Below are positions 44,730-60,712 of a stretch of DNA of 64,000 nt, one piece after another. The DNA lies in contig OZ024753.1 of assembly GCA_964016885.1 (NCBI GenBank), forward strand, positions 46,066,001 to 46,130,000. Direction: 5' to 3'. Position 1 is the first letter of the stretch; each line of letters begins with the position of its first letter. A model generated the notes under the pieces. It was not told where the DNA came from and did no database searches. It was given only the letters and a program-made list of their open reading frames with translations. Made by a program: the position numbers and the translations under genes. The stretch comes from Eledone cirrhosa (Eukaryota).

Positions 44730-45405
44730 TAGATATATACATAGAGGGAGAGAATAAGATAGAATTATTGAGTCGTAGTTAGATTAATTCGGGTAGACAG
44801 CTATATTGACTAAGATGGGAGATAGGTAATAGAAATGACAGAGAAGAAGAAGAAAAACTACTTCCATTCCCGCTTATTATAGTTTTCTATATAATGGTGA
44901 TATTAAAGGTAAAATGAAGGCATATTTCAGCTTAGTGGGCGGTAGTGTTCAGTTATATAATTATCATCTGAATCTATCAATAGAGTGACCACACCTTAAG
45001 CCCGGATAGAATAATTACAGTTGGAGACAAAATCAGGATCATTTCTAGTGACAACAGCAACAGCAGCAACAGCAGCAGCCATAGCAATAATTATATCAAG
45101 AACAATATCAGTAGCAGCAACAGCGCCAACAGCAATAACAAAAAGAATAATATCAGGAACGATAACAGTAGCAACAACAGCGCCAACAGCAGTAACAGCA
45201 GCAATAATAACAATAACTGTAGCAAGGATAATAACAACAACATCTGTAGCAACGATAACAACAACATCAACAAGATAATTGTAATGCAGCAATATTTGAA
45301 GAAGAATGTGACAGAAACATATGAAGATCTAATTTACTAACAATAAGGTTTTTATTATCGTCAACATTTCTTAAGGTGTAATAATGACAGTGTTATTATC
45401 ATTAT

Positions 45406-45725
45406 TGGATTGGCAGTATCGGTAGAGGGTCGGACGCCATGCTTTCCAGCATAGTTACGTCCCTTTACGATCTGAGTTCAAATCCCGCCGAGGTTGACTT
45501 TACCTTTCATCTTTATGGGGTCGATAAAATAAAGTACCAGTAATGCACTGGGTAATTGCTGGCCTTGTGCCCTTGGTTCGACAAGGGCAATAGATTGGCA
45601 GAATCGGTAGAGAGTCGGACAACATGCTTTACGTTCAGTGTTCAAATCCGTCGCAGTTAGCTTTGCTTTTCATCCTTATGGTGTTGAGAGAATAAAATAC
45701 CAGTGAAGTACTAGGTTCGATCCCA
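45406..45725 (+). mobile_element. Two tandem SINE family A copies
   Basis: 45406-45571 is close to the 22093 copy; 45593-45725 is an older copy. Confidence 0.85.
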
Positions 45726-45938
45726 ACACCATTCCCTTGTGTTTAACGTAGAAACATTTATTGTATTAGCTAAAGTGTCAGAATGTCGTAAAACGACGAC
45801 CTGACCATGTACAGGTTGTACTGGGTTACATGTTACCAGTAGCGCTGAAAAACGACCTGACAAATATATATACATACACATATATATATATGCATATATA
45901 TACATATATATATATATACTTCGTTGTATATATCTATC

Positions 45939-45969
<31 letters not shown>

Positions 45970-46037
45970 ACTTCGTTGTATATATCTCTCTATATATATA
46001 CTTCGTACTTCGTTGTATCTCTCGCTCTCTCTCTCTG

Positions 46038-46084
<47 letters not shown>

Positions 46085-46953
46085 TAGATGCCCACGTATG
46101 ATTATATACGCTAGGAGGGTATAGTTGACATATGATTACTGGTTGAACAAGTTAACTTCAAATTACTATAATATTGTAATACGTCAAATTATATGCTGTT
46201 TCAAATGTTAAATATTTCCGAGTCACTGATATATTTAAACCAATTCCAGAGGAAAAAATTATCACGTTGCTTTTTTTTTATTATTATTTTCAATTTTTCT
46301 CATCTTCTGCCTTCTGTATCGCAAAACTCTCATTATTAATATGTTCGTTCCTCTGCATGCTCAAAAGCACAGGTGCACGCAGGCACAGACACATGTTCAT
46401 CATCATCATCGCACATATATATGCACTTATATGAATACATTTATAAATACACACACACACAAACACACACACACACTCACACACACACACACATACATAT
46501 ACTCATACACACGCATATATATATACATACACATATACATATATATAAATATGTATATATATACATATTTACTTATATATGTGAATAAAAATATGTGTGT
46601 AGATACACCATGGTCGGTTGGTTGAGAAATTAATTTACGAATCCTAAGTTCGCTGGTTCATTCAGGCTGCGTTTCATCTTAAGGCCATTTATCATTAGCC
46701 TTTTGAGTGATGTCGTGTTGTGGCACATTTTAGGACCTTTGTCGGATAAGCCCCTTACTTGTTTCACAGTGCCAACCATGTCACTCAGCTTATAACATTA
46801 AATCTGTCCTTAGAAATCACTGCCTCTTATAGTCGTCGAACAAATTGCAAAATTCACCGTCGAATTCCAGAACAGGTCCACTTTAATACTACCTATACGC
46901 ACACACAGGCAGACATATGTATATATATATATACATATGTATATATATATATA

Positions 46954-47043
<90 letters not shown>

Positions 47044-47053
47044 TAAATATATA

Positions 47054-47189
<136 letters not shown>

Positions 47190-47243
47190 AATCTATATAT
47201 ATATGTATATATATATATACATAAATATATATATATATATATA

Positions 47244-47290
<47 letters not shown>

Positions 47291-47506
47291 CGTTTCTGAA
47301 TTTGTTTAGAAAGATTCTTTATCTGAAAACGTGTGTTGAAACCGATATTGTTATACTTTGGGAGGGTCACTTCCTCCTATTTTCAGCAAAGAAAGATGAA
47401 ACGCAGCGTGAATAAACCAGGGAGTTTAGGATTCCTAAATTAATTTCTCAAACAATCGACCATGGTGTGTCTACACACACATATTTTTATTCATATATAT
47501 AAATAA

Positions 47507-47569
<63 letters not shown>

Positions 47570-47946
47570 AGCTTATACTCGCGAAGGAGACATCAGACAT
47601 CTACCGATACATAAGCCAATACTCATGTGGACAACACTCTCTATTGCATATGAAATCTGTCTCTATGACGTATTAGTATTCACGTTGAATTTATATACAT
47701 TTCTACTTCATGGAAAATAGTATGTTATAATGCAATGCTCTATATAATGTCTACGACATCATAAGAAAATAAGAGCTAAGATATATTTCGCTCCGTTACG
47801 CTGCATTGGAGACTCATGTATGTTATGTATATATAAATGTTTGTATCGATATGTGTGTGTATGTGTGTTGATACATGTATGTATATGATTGTATATAACG
47901 ATAAAGCTGACGAAAATTGATAAATATATTGACAAGATTTTACAGA

Positions 47947-47992
<46 letters not shown>

Positions 47993-48249
47993 CGATTTCA
48001 TCATTCCTCTCGCTATATACATTTACATGCCTGTCTGTGTACCAGTGTGTATGTGTGTATTAATATGTTTGTGTGTGTGTGTTCGCTGAGTGACTGTGTG
48101 TAAGCGTGTTTATACATGTATGTGCTTTTCGTTTCATGTTGAACCTACATTAAAATTAGAAAAGAACACAAGATAGAATCAGTGTCTGCAAAACTATAAA
48201 AAATGACGGGTATTTGCTAATTAGAGGCCTATGTATGTATAAATATACA

Positions 48250-48305
<56 letters not shown>

Positions 48306-48735
48306 ATGTGTATATATATATATATGTATATATATATATGTGTGTATATATATATGTTCGACGTCAGTGAATCTTTGACTCAATTCATGGTAGTCATTTT
48401 ACAAACGTTGCGTAATGAACGTCTGGCGACCTTCTATCTCTCGCTAAACACCACGTCTGCATATTTCATTGAATTCTTCAGATGAACATCATCATATCAT
48501 ATACATCTGTATTCATAAACACGCACATATTCACATACATAATCAGCAGTAATGCTCTCACATAGCGTGATTGAGACGTGACCGGGTTTCTATATTGTAT
48601 CATATCCGAAATCTTTATGCATAATAAACATCCTCGCAACCTTGCTATATATTTTCAAAAGCGTTATCTTGTTACTGCCATTCTTAGCATGAAAGGGAGA
48701 ACACTTCCATGGCTCTATTTCTGGGTTGCTGTTTA

Positions 48736-48820
<85 letters not shown>

Positions 48821-48983
48821 ATAATTGTTTCTACAGCAAATATCCAGTGTATTACTGGTACTTAGTAATAATAATAAATGTGAAGACTAAAATCCAAAGA
48901 GGGCTTGATAAGGATGAATTTCTATATCAAATATATAAGAACACTAGAGCAAAGTGATTCTTTGCTTAAACTGTAATCTGTTA

Positions 48984-49039
<56 letters not shown>

Positions 49040-49813
49040 CAACATGACCCTCCCAAAGTATAACCATATATATATATATATATATATATTTGTGTCTGTA
49101 TTTATATGTGAACATATATATATATTCGATAGTTTCGTTTCATAATTATATATACATATATACCACCACACTAGAAATAGTAGCTAAATATCTCTCAATT
49201 CATCCCCTTACCGTCCTGCAATTATACACACTTGGGATTGTGGTGTGCTCAACTGCCTGGGCATAGGGTAATTCTGGAATAGTAATGGTTTGAGAATCTT
49301 GGATCATAGAAGTTAGACCTGTGGCTAAATAACAACCTCATCTACAACAACAACAACATTAACATCAAATACAACTACACGCATATGTTTAAATTGAGAT
49401 GGACGTGAATGTGTGTTAGCCATCATGTCGGCTGGCATGGTTTCAATTAAACCACCGTAAGTTTAGGTCATTCATTTCACTGAAGAGAAGCTATTATTAC
49501 ATAGACCATAAATTTTATTACAACCTCTTCAAAGATCTGCAATTGATTTATTTCTATTCCATTCCATGCTGCCCTTTGGCAACATCTCTATTTTAGTAGA
49601 AACTTCAGTAAATCACGAGTTTTTCTACTTCCTCTATTTTTTTTATTCAGTCTGAAAATGCACTTGCTGCTTCTTGTGTTGGTTTATGAAGAAAAATTCT
49701 TAGTTTTCCTTTCGTAGCCAACATTTCGTTTGAAAATAAACGAAACATACATAAATAAATATATAATTAAATCTATATATATATAGAGAGATATGCATAT
49801 GCATATATGCATA

Positions 49814-49947
<134 letters not shown>

Positions 49948-50670
49948 ATATAAGCAAATATATCAAAGAGAAAAAGCATATTTCTGACAAATTCTACTTT
50001 GAAAGTATAAATACTTCGTTACGTTCTTTTCACCTGCTTTTATGTGGCTGTACATTTCACTACGCTGCGTTTAACATGGAAATGTTGCACTACACCAGAA
50101 ATATATATTAATTGAAATATATTACGTTTATAGTTGTACCCTAGAAGGATCTATTCTTTCTTTACAATAGATTTACTACCTGAAACATAGGCCATTACTT
50201 TTTCTATTTTTACTTTTTTTAGATAGAACCTTTTTCTTCGGGGATTGGTCAATGCTTAACTTATTATAATCAGGCCTTGGGAACTGATATAGAGATGTTC
50301 ATTAGTTAAAGTGGTCGTCACGTAAAAAGCTAGGCTTATGCAGATTATCTGGATTATAATGAAATATATATATATATAACTGAAGTGATTTATATTGCAC
50401 TTGGCAGTTAGCTTAATATACTCGCTCCATCGCTACCAGTAATATGTACATATTCAAACAACATAATTATATATATATAGGAAAGGAATATTCGACGCTG
50501 GTCTTAGTGAAATCATAGGTAGAAACTGAAGGAGCTCACGAAATTTTCTTTCTAGACATACCAACTCTGTACCCCACAATGCATCGAGTTCTACTTTGAT
50601 TTGTGATACTTCCAGGCTTGTCCCCGTATGAGCAGCACACACACACACGCGCACCTACACACACGTAGAC

Positions 50671-50702
<32 letters not shown>

Positions 50703-51182
50703 TTCTATTTCAACAAGTTTTCTGTCTTCAGAAAGATACTTTTGGGAATGTAGGTTTGATTTTAATTTTTTCTTCATTATTGTTGCCGTATATTTCCTTA
50801 TTTTTCTGCAATGAGACTTTTTTTTTTGTAACAGAATATAAGCCATGATTAAATTGCGTATATATCATTTTTCTTTTAACAAACGCATTTCAATTGAGAT
50901 AACTAAATATATTTTATAACAAATATTTTTTAAGATTACATTTTCACTCTCGTTCTTTCTCTCACTCTGTATATATATATCTGCCTAACCTAAGATGTCT
51001 CTTCTGACGACAATTTGTTACTACGGAAGAAAAAAAATTGATCGATTGTCTGCGGGTCAAAAACGTTTTCTAGAAATATTCTTATTTTCCTAAAATTAAA
51101 TATCGTTTTTTTTATTTTTCTAAAAAAAAAAAATTATTTATTCTTACGTCTAACTTCGGCGTAAAGAAATATAGCTTGACTA

Positions 51183-51281
<99 letters not shown>

Positions 51282-51311
51282 TGCGTGCGTGTTTCATTGG
51301 CTACCAATATA

Positions 51312-51660
51312 CAGGGTGAATAAAAAAAATCATCCCATTTCAAAATTCCTTTTTATATTTATTTTTTTCTATTTTTCCTTTCGTTCTGTACACACTGCAG
51401 TTTGTGGATTAACATTTTCAAGATTGTCGAACATTTAAAATAACATGAAATACCAACTGTATCCATGACTATCCCCCTGATACTACGCAAGAGAAGATGT
51501 GTGGTGTGCAGAAATGTCTGCACATCAATTGGTGATCTTAAAAGGATGACATCCCACAAACTGACCCAATCAATCCAATAGAGGCCAAATCTTTTGTATG
51601 TCACATTTGCTGCTGACCGTTCACATCTGCAGTTGGTCTTATACGCCACCTAAGAGGTCG
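51312..51660 (-). mobile_element. Decayed Tc1/mariner 3' end with TIR
   Basis: TA-cagggtg terminus at 51310; minus frame ERSAANVTYKRFGLYW...IHKLQCVQNE resembles RSPDLTP.DF.LW...RLQ.C..N.G and ends just before the TIR. Confidence 0.55.
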
Positions 51661-51741
51661 TGGATAGAGGTTTGGGCAAGGGGACAGCTTTGGGGTGAGT
51701 TACAGAGAGATGGCAATCATCTACAATAAAAAGGCGATCAT

Positions 51742-51775
<34 letters not shown>

Positions 51776-52504
51776 GTTTATATATAATTATATATAAATA
51801 TATGTATGTATATATATATATATACATAGTTTATATATAATTATATATATATATATATATATATATAATTATATATATACATAGTTTATATATAATTATA
51901 TATATATACATAGTTTATATATAATTATATATATACATAGTTTATATATAATTATATATGTATAGATATATCTACATATGAATATATTCATCTATGCATA
52001 AATCATTATGTACGTAGTTTTGTGTGTATATATATATATATAAAATGAAAGAATGACTGCGATGCACAGAGAGTAGGCGACAACTCGTCAGTTAAAAAAT
52101 ATATTGGTATTATATTTTTTTCACTCTGTCTATGTTCTTTCCATGTTCGTTTCGTCTTATTCATTCTTTCTTAGAATGCTTTCTTATTTTTTTATATTTA
52201 GTTTGTGCGTATGTGAATATGCGTTTCCTTGAGTGTGTGGGCATTTGTGTGAGTGTGTGTGTGTTTTAATTTAGTTCTTTTCTTCGCTTAGCTGAAGTCG
52301 TTGGAGGTTATTTTTGAAATGTTCGTCACAGCGCATTGCTATCTGTTAATGTCAGAATATTGTCTGAGAAAGGACAATGTTCTTTGAAATCAGAACAGTA
52401 ATAGTGGACTTGAAAATGTCGGTAGTTGATGTCATCTGTAATCAGCGTAAATCCGAGCCATTTCATTGAATGCCTCTCACACACACAGATATATATATAT
52501 ACGT

Positions 52505-52612
<108 letters not shown>

Positions 52613-53302
52613 TATATATTTGCGTATATATATAGATAGATATATACACACAGATGCCCTCACATTTATCAGACATACCTGACTGTTCCTTCCTGTAAGT
52701 ACCATCTCTTCTCTTCTGTATTTATTTTATATATTTCATTTATTTTATATTATTTGCATTTTGCCTTTTTTTCTATTGCGCTGTTGTTGTTGTTGTTGTT
52801 GTTGTTCTTGTTGTTTATTGTGTTGTTGTTGTTGCTGTTGCTGTTTACTGTTGTTCTTGTTATTTATTGTGTTGTTGTTGTTTCCTGTCTTTGCAATGAA
52901 TAAATGTTGTGAAGTAGAAGAGAAACCAATTAGATGGAAATTGTGGTCCGCTGTTTCTAATGAAGCGTGAGGAAACGTTGGTATCTGAAGATGTTATCCT
53001 TCTTTGAAAATCTCTCTTATGCCATACTTTGGCTTGGCACACTATTGCTTGCTTTATCTTGGAGTTTCGGATTCTCTACAACTTGTTCCAAATCACCTCT
53101 GTATCTCTGTACCAACATTTCTTTTCAGTCCTACCCCACCTCTCTCTCACTCTCTCTCTCTGTCATTCTCTCTCTCTCTCGTTCTTTCTACTGATCGCTC
53201 TCTATCAATCTCTATCTCTCGGTATGTTTCTCTGTCGGTCCTGCCGCCATCTGTCATTCTCTGACTATAAATATCTATCTATCTATCTGTGTTATATATA
53301 CA

Positions 53303-53356
<54 letters not shown>

Positions 53357-53396
53357 GAGAAATGGAAATGGGCTTAATCTGTTTCTCTCTCTCACC

Positions 53397-53457
<61 letters not shown>

Positions 53458-53689
53458 TGTGTGTGTATATACAACTAAAATTATGTATGCATAAAAATAA
53501 TTGCACATGTGTTAGTGTGAGCGTGTGTACATGCGTGGGTGTTTACATGGGTGTATTTATATTTTTGCTTCGATAACTAAACGCCTGAATCATTAAAACA
53601 GTCAGAAGTCGTTTGACGGGCTATTTCTGCTTTACTGCTAAATCTCTTGTCGACTAAAATGACCGTGAAATAAACTGGAAGATAAATGC

Positions 53690-53888
53690 ACAAAGATACA
53701 TGATGTTCTTATGCAAAGATGCAATCCTACACACACATATAATAGATGATGTTCGTATACAAAGATGCAATCATACACACACACAATACATGATGCTCTT
53801 ATACAAAGATGCAATCATACACACACATATAATACATGATGTTCTTATACAAAGATGCAATCCTACACACACACATATAATACATGAT
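53690..53888. repeat. About 45-bp minisatellite, about 4.5 copies
   Basis: Unit atacatgatgttcttatacaaagatgcaatc.tacacacaca. Confidence 0.88.
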
Positions 53889-53975
53889 GGGGGGGGGGTG
53901 ATTAAATCGACCCCGGTACGTTAATGGTACTTTACTTTATCGACCCCGTAAGGATGAATGTCATAGTTAACCTCG
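53889..53975 (-). mobile_element. SINE family A fragment
   Basis: gattaaatcgacccc...ggtactttactttatcgaccccgtaaggatgaa...gttaacctcg, as in the 8030 copy. Confidence 0.8.
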
Positions 53976-54491
53976 TTCTTCCTTCATTGCCGAAGACGAC
54001 CATGACCTCATTCAAGATAAATAATCTCACCAACAATCTATAACTTCCAAGAAGCTTTAAACATTTTTTGTGTACGCTAGGAAAACCTAAACAAATATAA
54101 CCACAGATTTAGCCATGCTGGTATATATACATAATACTTAAAAACATGCTTTGGTCCTGTTGTATATGTTAATAATACACAAACTATTAAATGTCAAAAG
54201 CATACTTTAATATGGAAAGTTTTAAAAATGAATCCATCGAAGAAAACAATAATAAAGCCTTTACTTAGAGAAAGTCCTAATGGATGTAAATAGAGAGGAA
54301 GCAGCCAAATTCTGCTACCGCGTTTTATCTATTGACATATTACGTGGTAATTCTTGTTCGCTTTAGGAAATATTCCATTAGTGTTCAAATATTTCCTTGC
54401 ACAAAAATACCCCCCCCCCCCCAAAAAAAAAAAACTATATGTATATATATATTGAGAGAGAGAGAAAAATAGAAAGACAGACAAACATACA

Positions 54492-54534
<43 letters not shown>

Positions 54535-55519
54535 AATGAAATTATATTATTTGAAACATTTATTTCATAAAATAAAACATAATTATGCTTTCCATGTTCT
54601 TCAAATAGGCGGAGCAAATAATGTGCCTCAATTATTAGAATGGAATTTTTAGGGAAGGGAATAATACTCCCACACCCACAACCAGACACACATTTAAGGC
54701 AGGGAATAATACTCACACACCCACAACCAGACACACCCCATTATTTCTATAAAGGCGCACTTTAAAAAAAACAAATGTTATTTCCCGGTCAGCTATTTCA
54801 ATCTGGTAATTTAAAATACCTGGAGTTCGTGTCTGTCAGCAAATAGATTTGAAGTGCTAACACAAGATGTCAATTTGTTACCCTTCTAGAAAAAACAGCT
54901 ATTCGTATGATCTTGAAAGTTTGGAAGGCAGTAATAATCATGAGAAAGGAATGCACCATTAGAACGACACAATATTCTAGGAAGCTGCATTGATTACTTT
55001 GGTGCTGGGTTACAGTATTCATAGCCTCTAATTTTGAATACGGACACTAAACTCTTATGAAGTGGAGATGGCTTTAAGACTCGCTATTAATTTGAAATCT
55101 AATGGTGCTTTGACTTCAGATCATAATTATGGCACGGTTGAATGAATACCAATATAGTTTTTCTGCCATTTTACTGGGGGTAGAGGATTATTACTGTAAT
55201 CCCATCTGCAATTTGGGTTTATGAGAGAAAACACAAACAAAATAATCAAAAAATGAAAGAGAACACTGGGGCCAAAACAGACAAGGCATAAATTTATTTT
55301 TTAAATATCTCAAAATACGGTATTCACAAAATAGAAGCGATTACATTCCAAACGTTTTGTAAATATTAATTTTTAGAAGGAATCAATATTTCGCCATTTT
55401 CAGGGGAGGTCATGAATGTCTCGAATTCGTATATTTCTGTAGAATATTAAACAACATAATTAAACTAAATCTCAAACTGGAGACTGTTTGGCAGAATCAG
55501 CTCAATAGCTCCTTCCAAT

Positions 55520-55860
55520 ACATTTGCTTTAATTAACAATATTAATTTTATTTGTCTTCAGTCTTGTTATTACAGTTTAAACCCAGGTCAGCTGCAATTG
55601 TGTATCGCATCCTTTTTTTTGTTCTGAGTTTCAATATCACTGAGTTTGCTATTTCGTTGATATCTATAAAGATGACGATAAATTCCCTACTAACTTCAAT
55701 GGTTCTTGCTACAAAATACTCACACATGCACATTTTATAACCAAAGTAAAAACCTTCCAATACAATTTCTCTATCTTACAATGAAGTAGGCACATTTAGC
55801 TATATACTATCTCTTCTTTGTTTATTCAGAATACTGCTTGAATTGTTAAATTACGTTGGG
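55520..55860 (-). pseudogene. Decayed hAT (Buster/Charlie-like) transposase C-terminal dimerization region
   Basis: LEGFY...CEY...EIANSVILKLRTKKRMRYTIAADLGL resembles L..FW...EYP...CE.GFS.L..IKTK.R.RL....DLRL. Confidence 0.45.
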
Positions 55861-57355
55861 GCTAAAAACATTACAGCAAAGATGTTACGCATCTAAAGCG
55901 TTATGGCCTGTCATGTAGGAGATATTTACTTCCATTTCTAGAGAGCTTCAAATTCTAACGTCTTCCTTATAATAGCCCATTACGAAAGTAGGCAATTTTA
56001 GCAAGTCAATGTTAGAAGGGATGGAGTGAAAGAAACGTTATGAGAATACATAATGACCTCATCTGCTGACTCATATTAGTACTAAAGCAGTCATTCTAAA
56101 TTTTACTCAACACTAATACATTGCATCTCTCAATGGCAATCTGTATTATTCCTTGTATTTTTTATTTAACAAACGTTGTAGAATAAAAGATCAGTTCTTA
56201 GCAAGTTGTGACTGTAATGAGATTTCGATATATGTTTCAATGTCGGACGAAAGATGGTGAGGTGTTTATTTGAATATTTCCGTCCTGAGTTCAAATCCCA
56301 TATCATCACCATAATGGTCATCATCAAATCATCATCATCACCACCATCACCACCATTAATATCATCATTATCATCACCATAATAATCACCATCATAATCA
56401 TCCCCTCCACCACCATCATCATCCAAGACCAAAACCTTAGCATTTAGGAAGCGATTTCGATACACATGATTTGTTTCTAACAGTAAGGTGTAATTTGGAT
56501 GGAAGCTGATTGCTATTTATTGCAGGAGGTGTAACTGTACAGATTCTATCTCGCCAGCTTGGAAATACACGAGTTATGTATGCATGTGAGCTTTTAGAAT
56601 ATATTTCAAAATATTTCTTATTTCTATTTGCGTAACTTTCAAAACAGATTGACGTCTTTCTCTCATTTCCACACTAATGTTTATAGATTCTCACATCCAA
56701 TACGTATTTTGGCACACGTATATTCCATGGTGTACATTATTTCGCACCCTCATCCCATTTTTACTTTTATTTCTTTTATAAAATATTCATGAATATATAT
56801 TTTTTCCATTTTATATATTTTTTCTAAACATTTCTTTGGTGTGTCATAGATCAACTTTAGAATATGCAGTAACTCGATCCCTGTTACCTCGACATGACCT
56901 CAGTAAAGTGTTATTGACTGGCAGTTTGGAACTGCAGGCTGTTTAGCACGTCCCTCGTGTGTTTTGAATTTTAAGCTAAGCTTAACACGTCTTCCTCTTA
57001 CTTCCTAACAAACAATATTGATTTGTTTATTCCACAAACGTTTCTGAATTTTCTTTCCTTGAAGCAATTGCAAAGGGGAATGAGAAGAGTAATTAATTGA
57101 TTCTGCCAAACTATCGTCAAATGTACTACAGCAGCATTGTTGGACATTCAACTTGAAGGGGATTAAGAAAAGAAAATCAGAACAGCTCACACCTCCACAT
57201 TGAGAGATTTCATGTGAGATAGTTAAAACATTGAAATACATTGAATTAAGTTGTTTATCAAATATACAATGTTACCATAATCATGCCAAAGTTACTATCA
57301 CCATATTCCTGTGTATGTATATGATGTTGCAGTTGTGCAACGAAAGAACTTTGAT

Positions 57356-57390
<35 letters not shown>

Positions 57391-57560
57391 GTATTTTTAT
57401 AGTTGGTCAATCAATGATAAACATTGATTGCCAAATAAATTAACTATGGAGATATAAAAGATACAGAAGCGAAAACCAACCAAACAGTGAGTGTGTGCTG
57501 TTATTATTTCTGGCAATATTATTACAACAATATGACCCTCCCCAAGTATAACAATATATG

Positions 57561-57621
<61 letters not shown>

Positions 57622-57902
57622 GACTTTATTTTCTTATTTTTACGAAGTAACCATTTCCGTCTGCATAATACAGACATATAGATACATTTGCCCTAAATTT
57701 TTATAATTACGCACACTTTCTAACCATACATTTACACGTGCACATATACATATATGCACATCTATGAGCGTATATACATACACATACACACACCTAACTA
57801 TTTTTCTTGATAGATTTTTATATATTTCAATTTCTATTTCATTTATCTATATATTTTTTTGATTTTCTTGATGTGTTTTTCTAAGTATTTGCCCATGTTT
57901 TA

Positions 57903-57982
57903 TATTGCCTCGTCTGACGAACGAATGAAGTCGTTTATTTCGTATTCGCCTCATTCGGGAAACCTCTGGTAATGAGGTAATA
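57903..57982 (+). ncRNA. Type I hammerhead ribozyme, best-preserved copy
   Basis: Stem I tattgcctcgt/atgaggtaata (11 bp including 2 G-U); CTGACGA 57914-57920; stem II cgaatga/tcattcg; GAAA 57959-57962; stem III ACC-tct-GGT; predicted cleavage after A57971 (GUA). Confidence 0.85.
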
Positions 57983-58085
57983 ATATTGTATTGATTTTAT
58001 ACATTAAATTTTGCTCTGATATTGACATAGAGCACTCTTCATTTCTATGACCTTTTCTGTTTCTAACTGAAATTTCAATACTATG

Positions 58086-58685
<600 letters not shown>

Positions 58686-59501
58686 CTTAATGGTGAGTCT
58701 TAATAAATGAATATCAAAACTCTACTTCGGAATTGAGTACTTATTTCTCTCAGCCGTCAAACACATAAGGATATATAACATACATATCTGCGCACACACT
58801 TTCTGTCACACACTCACACATACACAACACACACACACAGGCTGTAATTAGCCGATGCTGTCTAAATTCTAATGAAAGTGGGTTGTCCCTGTGTTAGAAA
58901 CCATTTACTCTCTTGGCAAAAGAAATTGATTATATAAAACAAATGTTGAACATACATACACAGAAGTTTAAAACTGATATATAAACAAAGCACCAATTTT
59001 TCTGAGATATTTTATTAACAATGAATAAGTTTTACACTTCAAAGCGACAGACAGAACTTTAGTAATGCTGTGTCGACTTAAAGTTACGATGCTTTGTAGA
59101 AAGAAACTTAAAAGTTCAAATAGTCACATCGTAGATATATTTTCTATTGCCGTTACTACGGTTTTGACCTCCTCACCCTGTGTGATGGCATTTTTCTTTT
59201 GAAATAATATTTCTTAGCAACGAGACATTACACCCTAAAAGAATAAATGATACTTGATACTCTGAAAAGAAAGTAAAACTTTTCTAACAAAACAATTACT
59301 AACCATGAAAAGAAGAAACTGATTATGTCTGAACCAGAAAGTTATTGAAGTCATCGTCTTCATATATACAAATATATAAAAATATATATATACATGTGTG
59401 TGTGTGTGTGTGTGAGAAAGTGCTGAACTTATTATATACCTTTCTACTGGTGACGGTATGAGTACATAAGAGAAACTCGAGAGTAATAACACTCAAACCC
59501 G

Positions 59502-59572
<71 letters not shown>

Positions 59573-59575
59573 TAA

Positions 59576-59616
<41 letters not shown>

Positions 59617-59830
59617 TTTTTACCGTATTTTTGACTAAAGAAATGTTTAGCCTGATAGTGGGGTTTAGAACTCTCAGAGAAATGATGAGTATTGATGTAC
59701 GTCAATACTCATCTTTTTATATATCTATATATATACATTTATTTTAGATATATATATATCACGAACACAAGAAACAAACAAACAAGAAGATGCATTAACA
59801 GAAAGTCTTATTAGTTTCACGTTTAAAAGA

Positions 59831-59994
<164 letters not shown>

Positions 59995-60060
59995 TATGTT
60001 GAGAGAGGGATAGAGGATCTGTGGGGGTTCCTTAGACCCGGAACCCAGAAGTAGTAGTAA

Positions 60061-60119
<59 letters not shown>

Positions 60120-60644
60120 TAAATGTGTAACATCAGTATACTAGCAAGTATAACAACAGCAACGCCACCTATCATATGACGAGTGTGGTAGAAGAAGAAA
60201 TGACATATGGCATGTGACTTGTAATTTAGAGAGACTGCAATCAGCTGGATAGTACTAATGGAATGAGTTGACATCATCAATATTAATTAGGGCCAAACCA
60301 TGTATTCATGTAAAATACTATCAATTAGTATGGTTGGCGTTATGAAAGGAATCCCTGTTAAATATATATCATAAAGATGATTCACTCTTAGTTAATAATA
60401 TAGAAGTGAGATATTAAATATCTTTGGCAAACTATTGATGGAATGTTTGGCTTTTCAATGACTGCTTTATGACTTATGGCTTACAGGGTCCAGATTTATT
60501 AATAAGGGAGCATAATCGATTAAATCGATCGGCATATAGATGCTGCCGATACCACGTATGTCAGTAAATATTGCTGTCAAAAGAAGAGTTTGAGTTTCGT
60601 GACATAATTATTAGCAAGAGAAATAAGGTTAGACAGAGTGAGAC

Positions 60645-60712
<68 letters not shown>

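Noticed and set aside
44996-45292. Hydrophobic or Thr/Ala-rich ORFs
   Set aside because: Derived from degenerate (CAG/CAA/AAT)n trinucleotide repeats.
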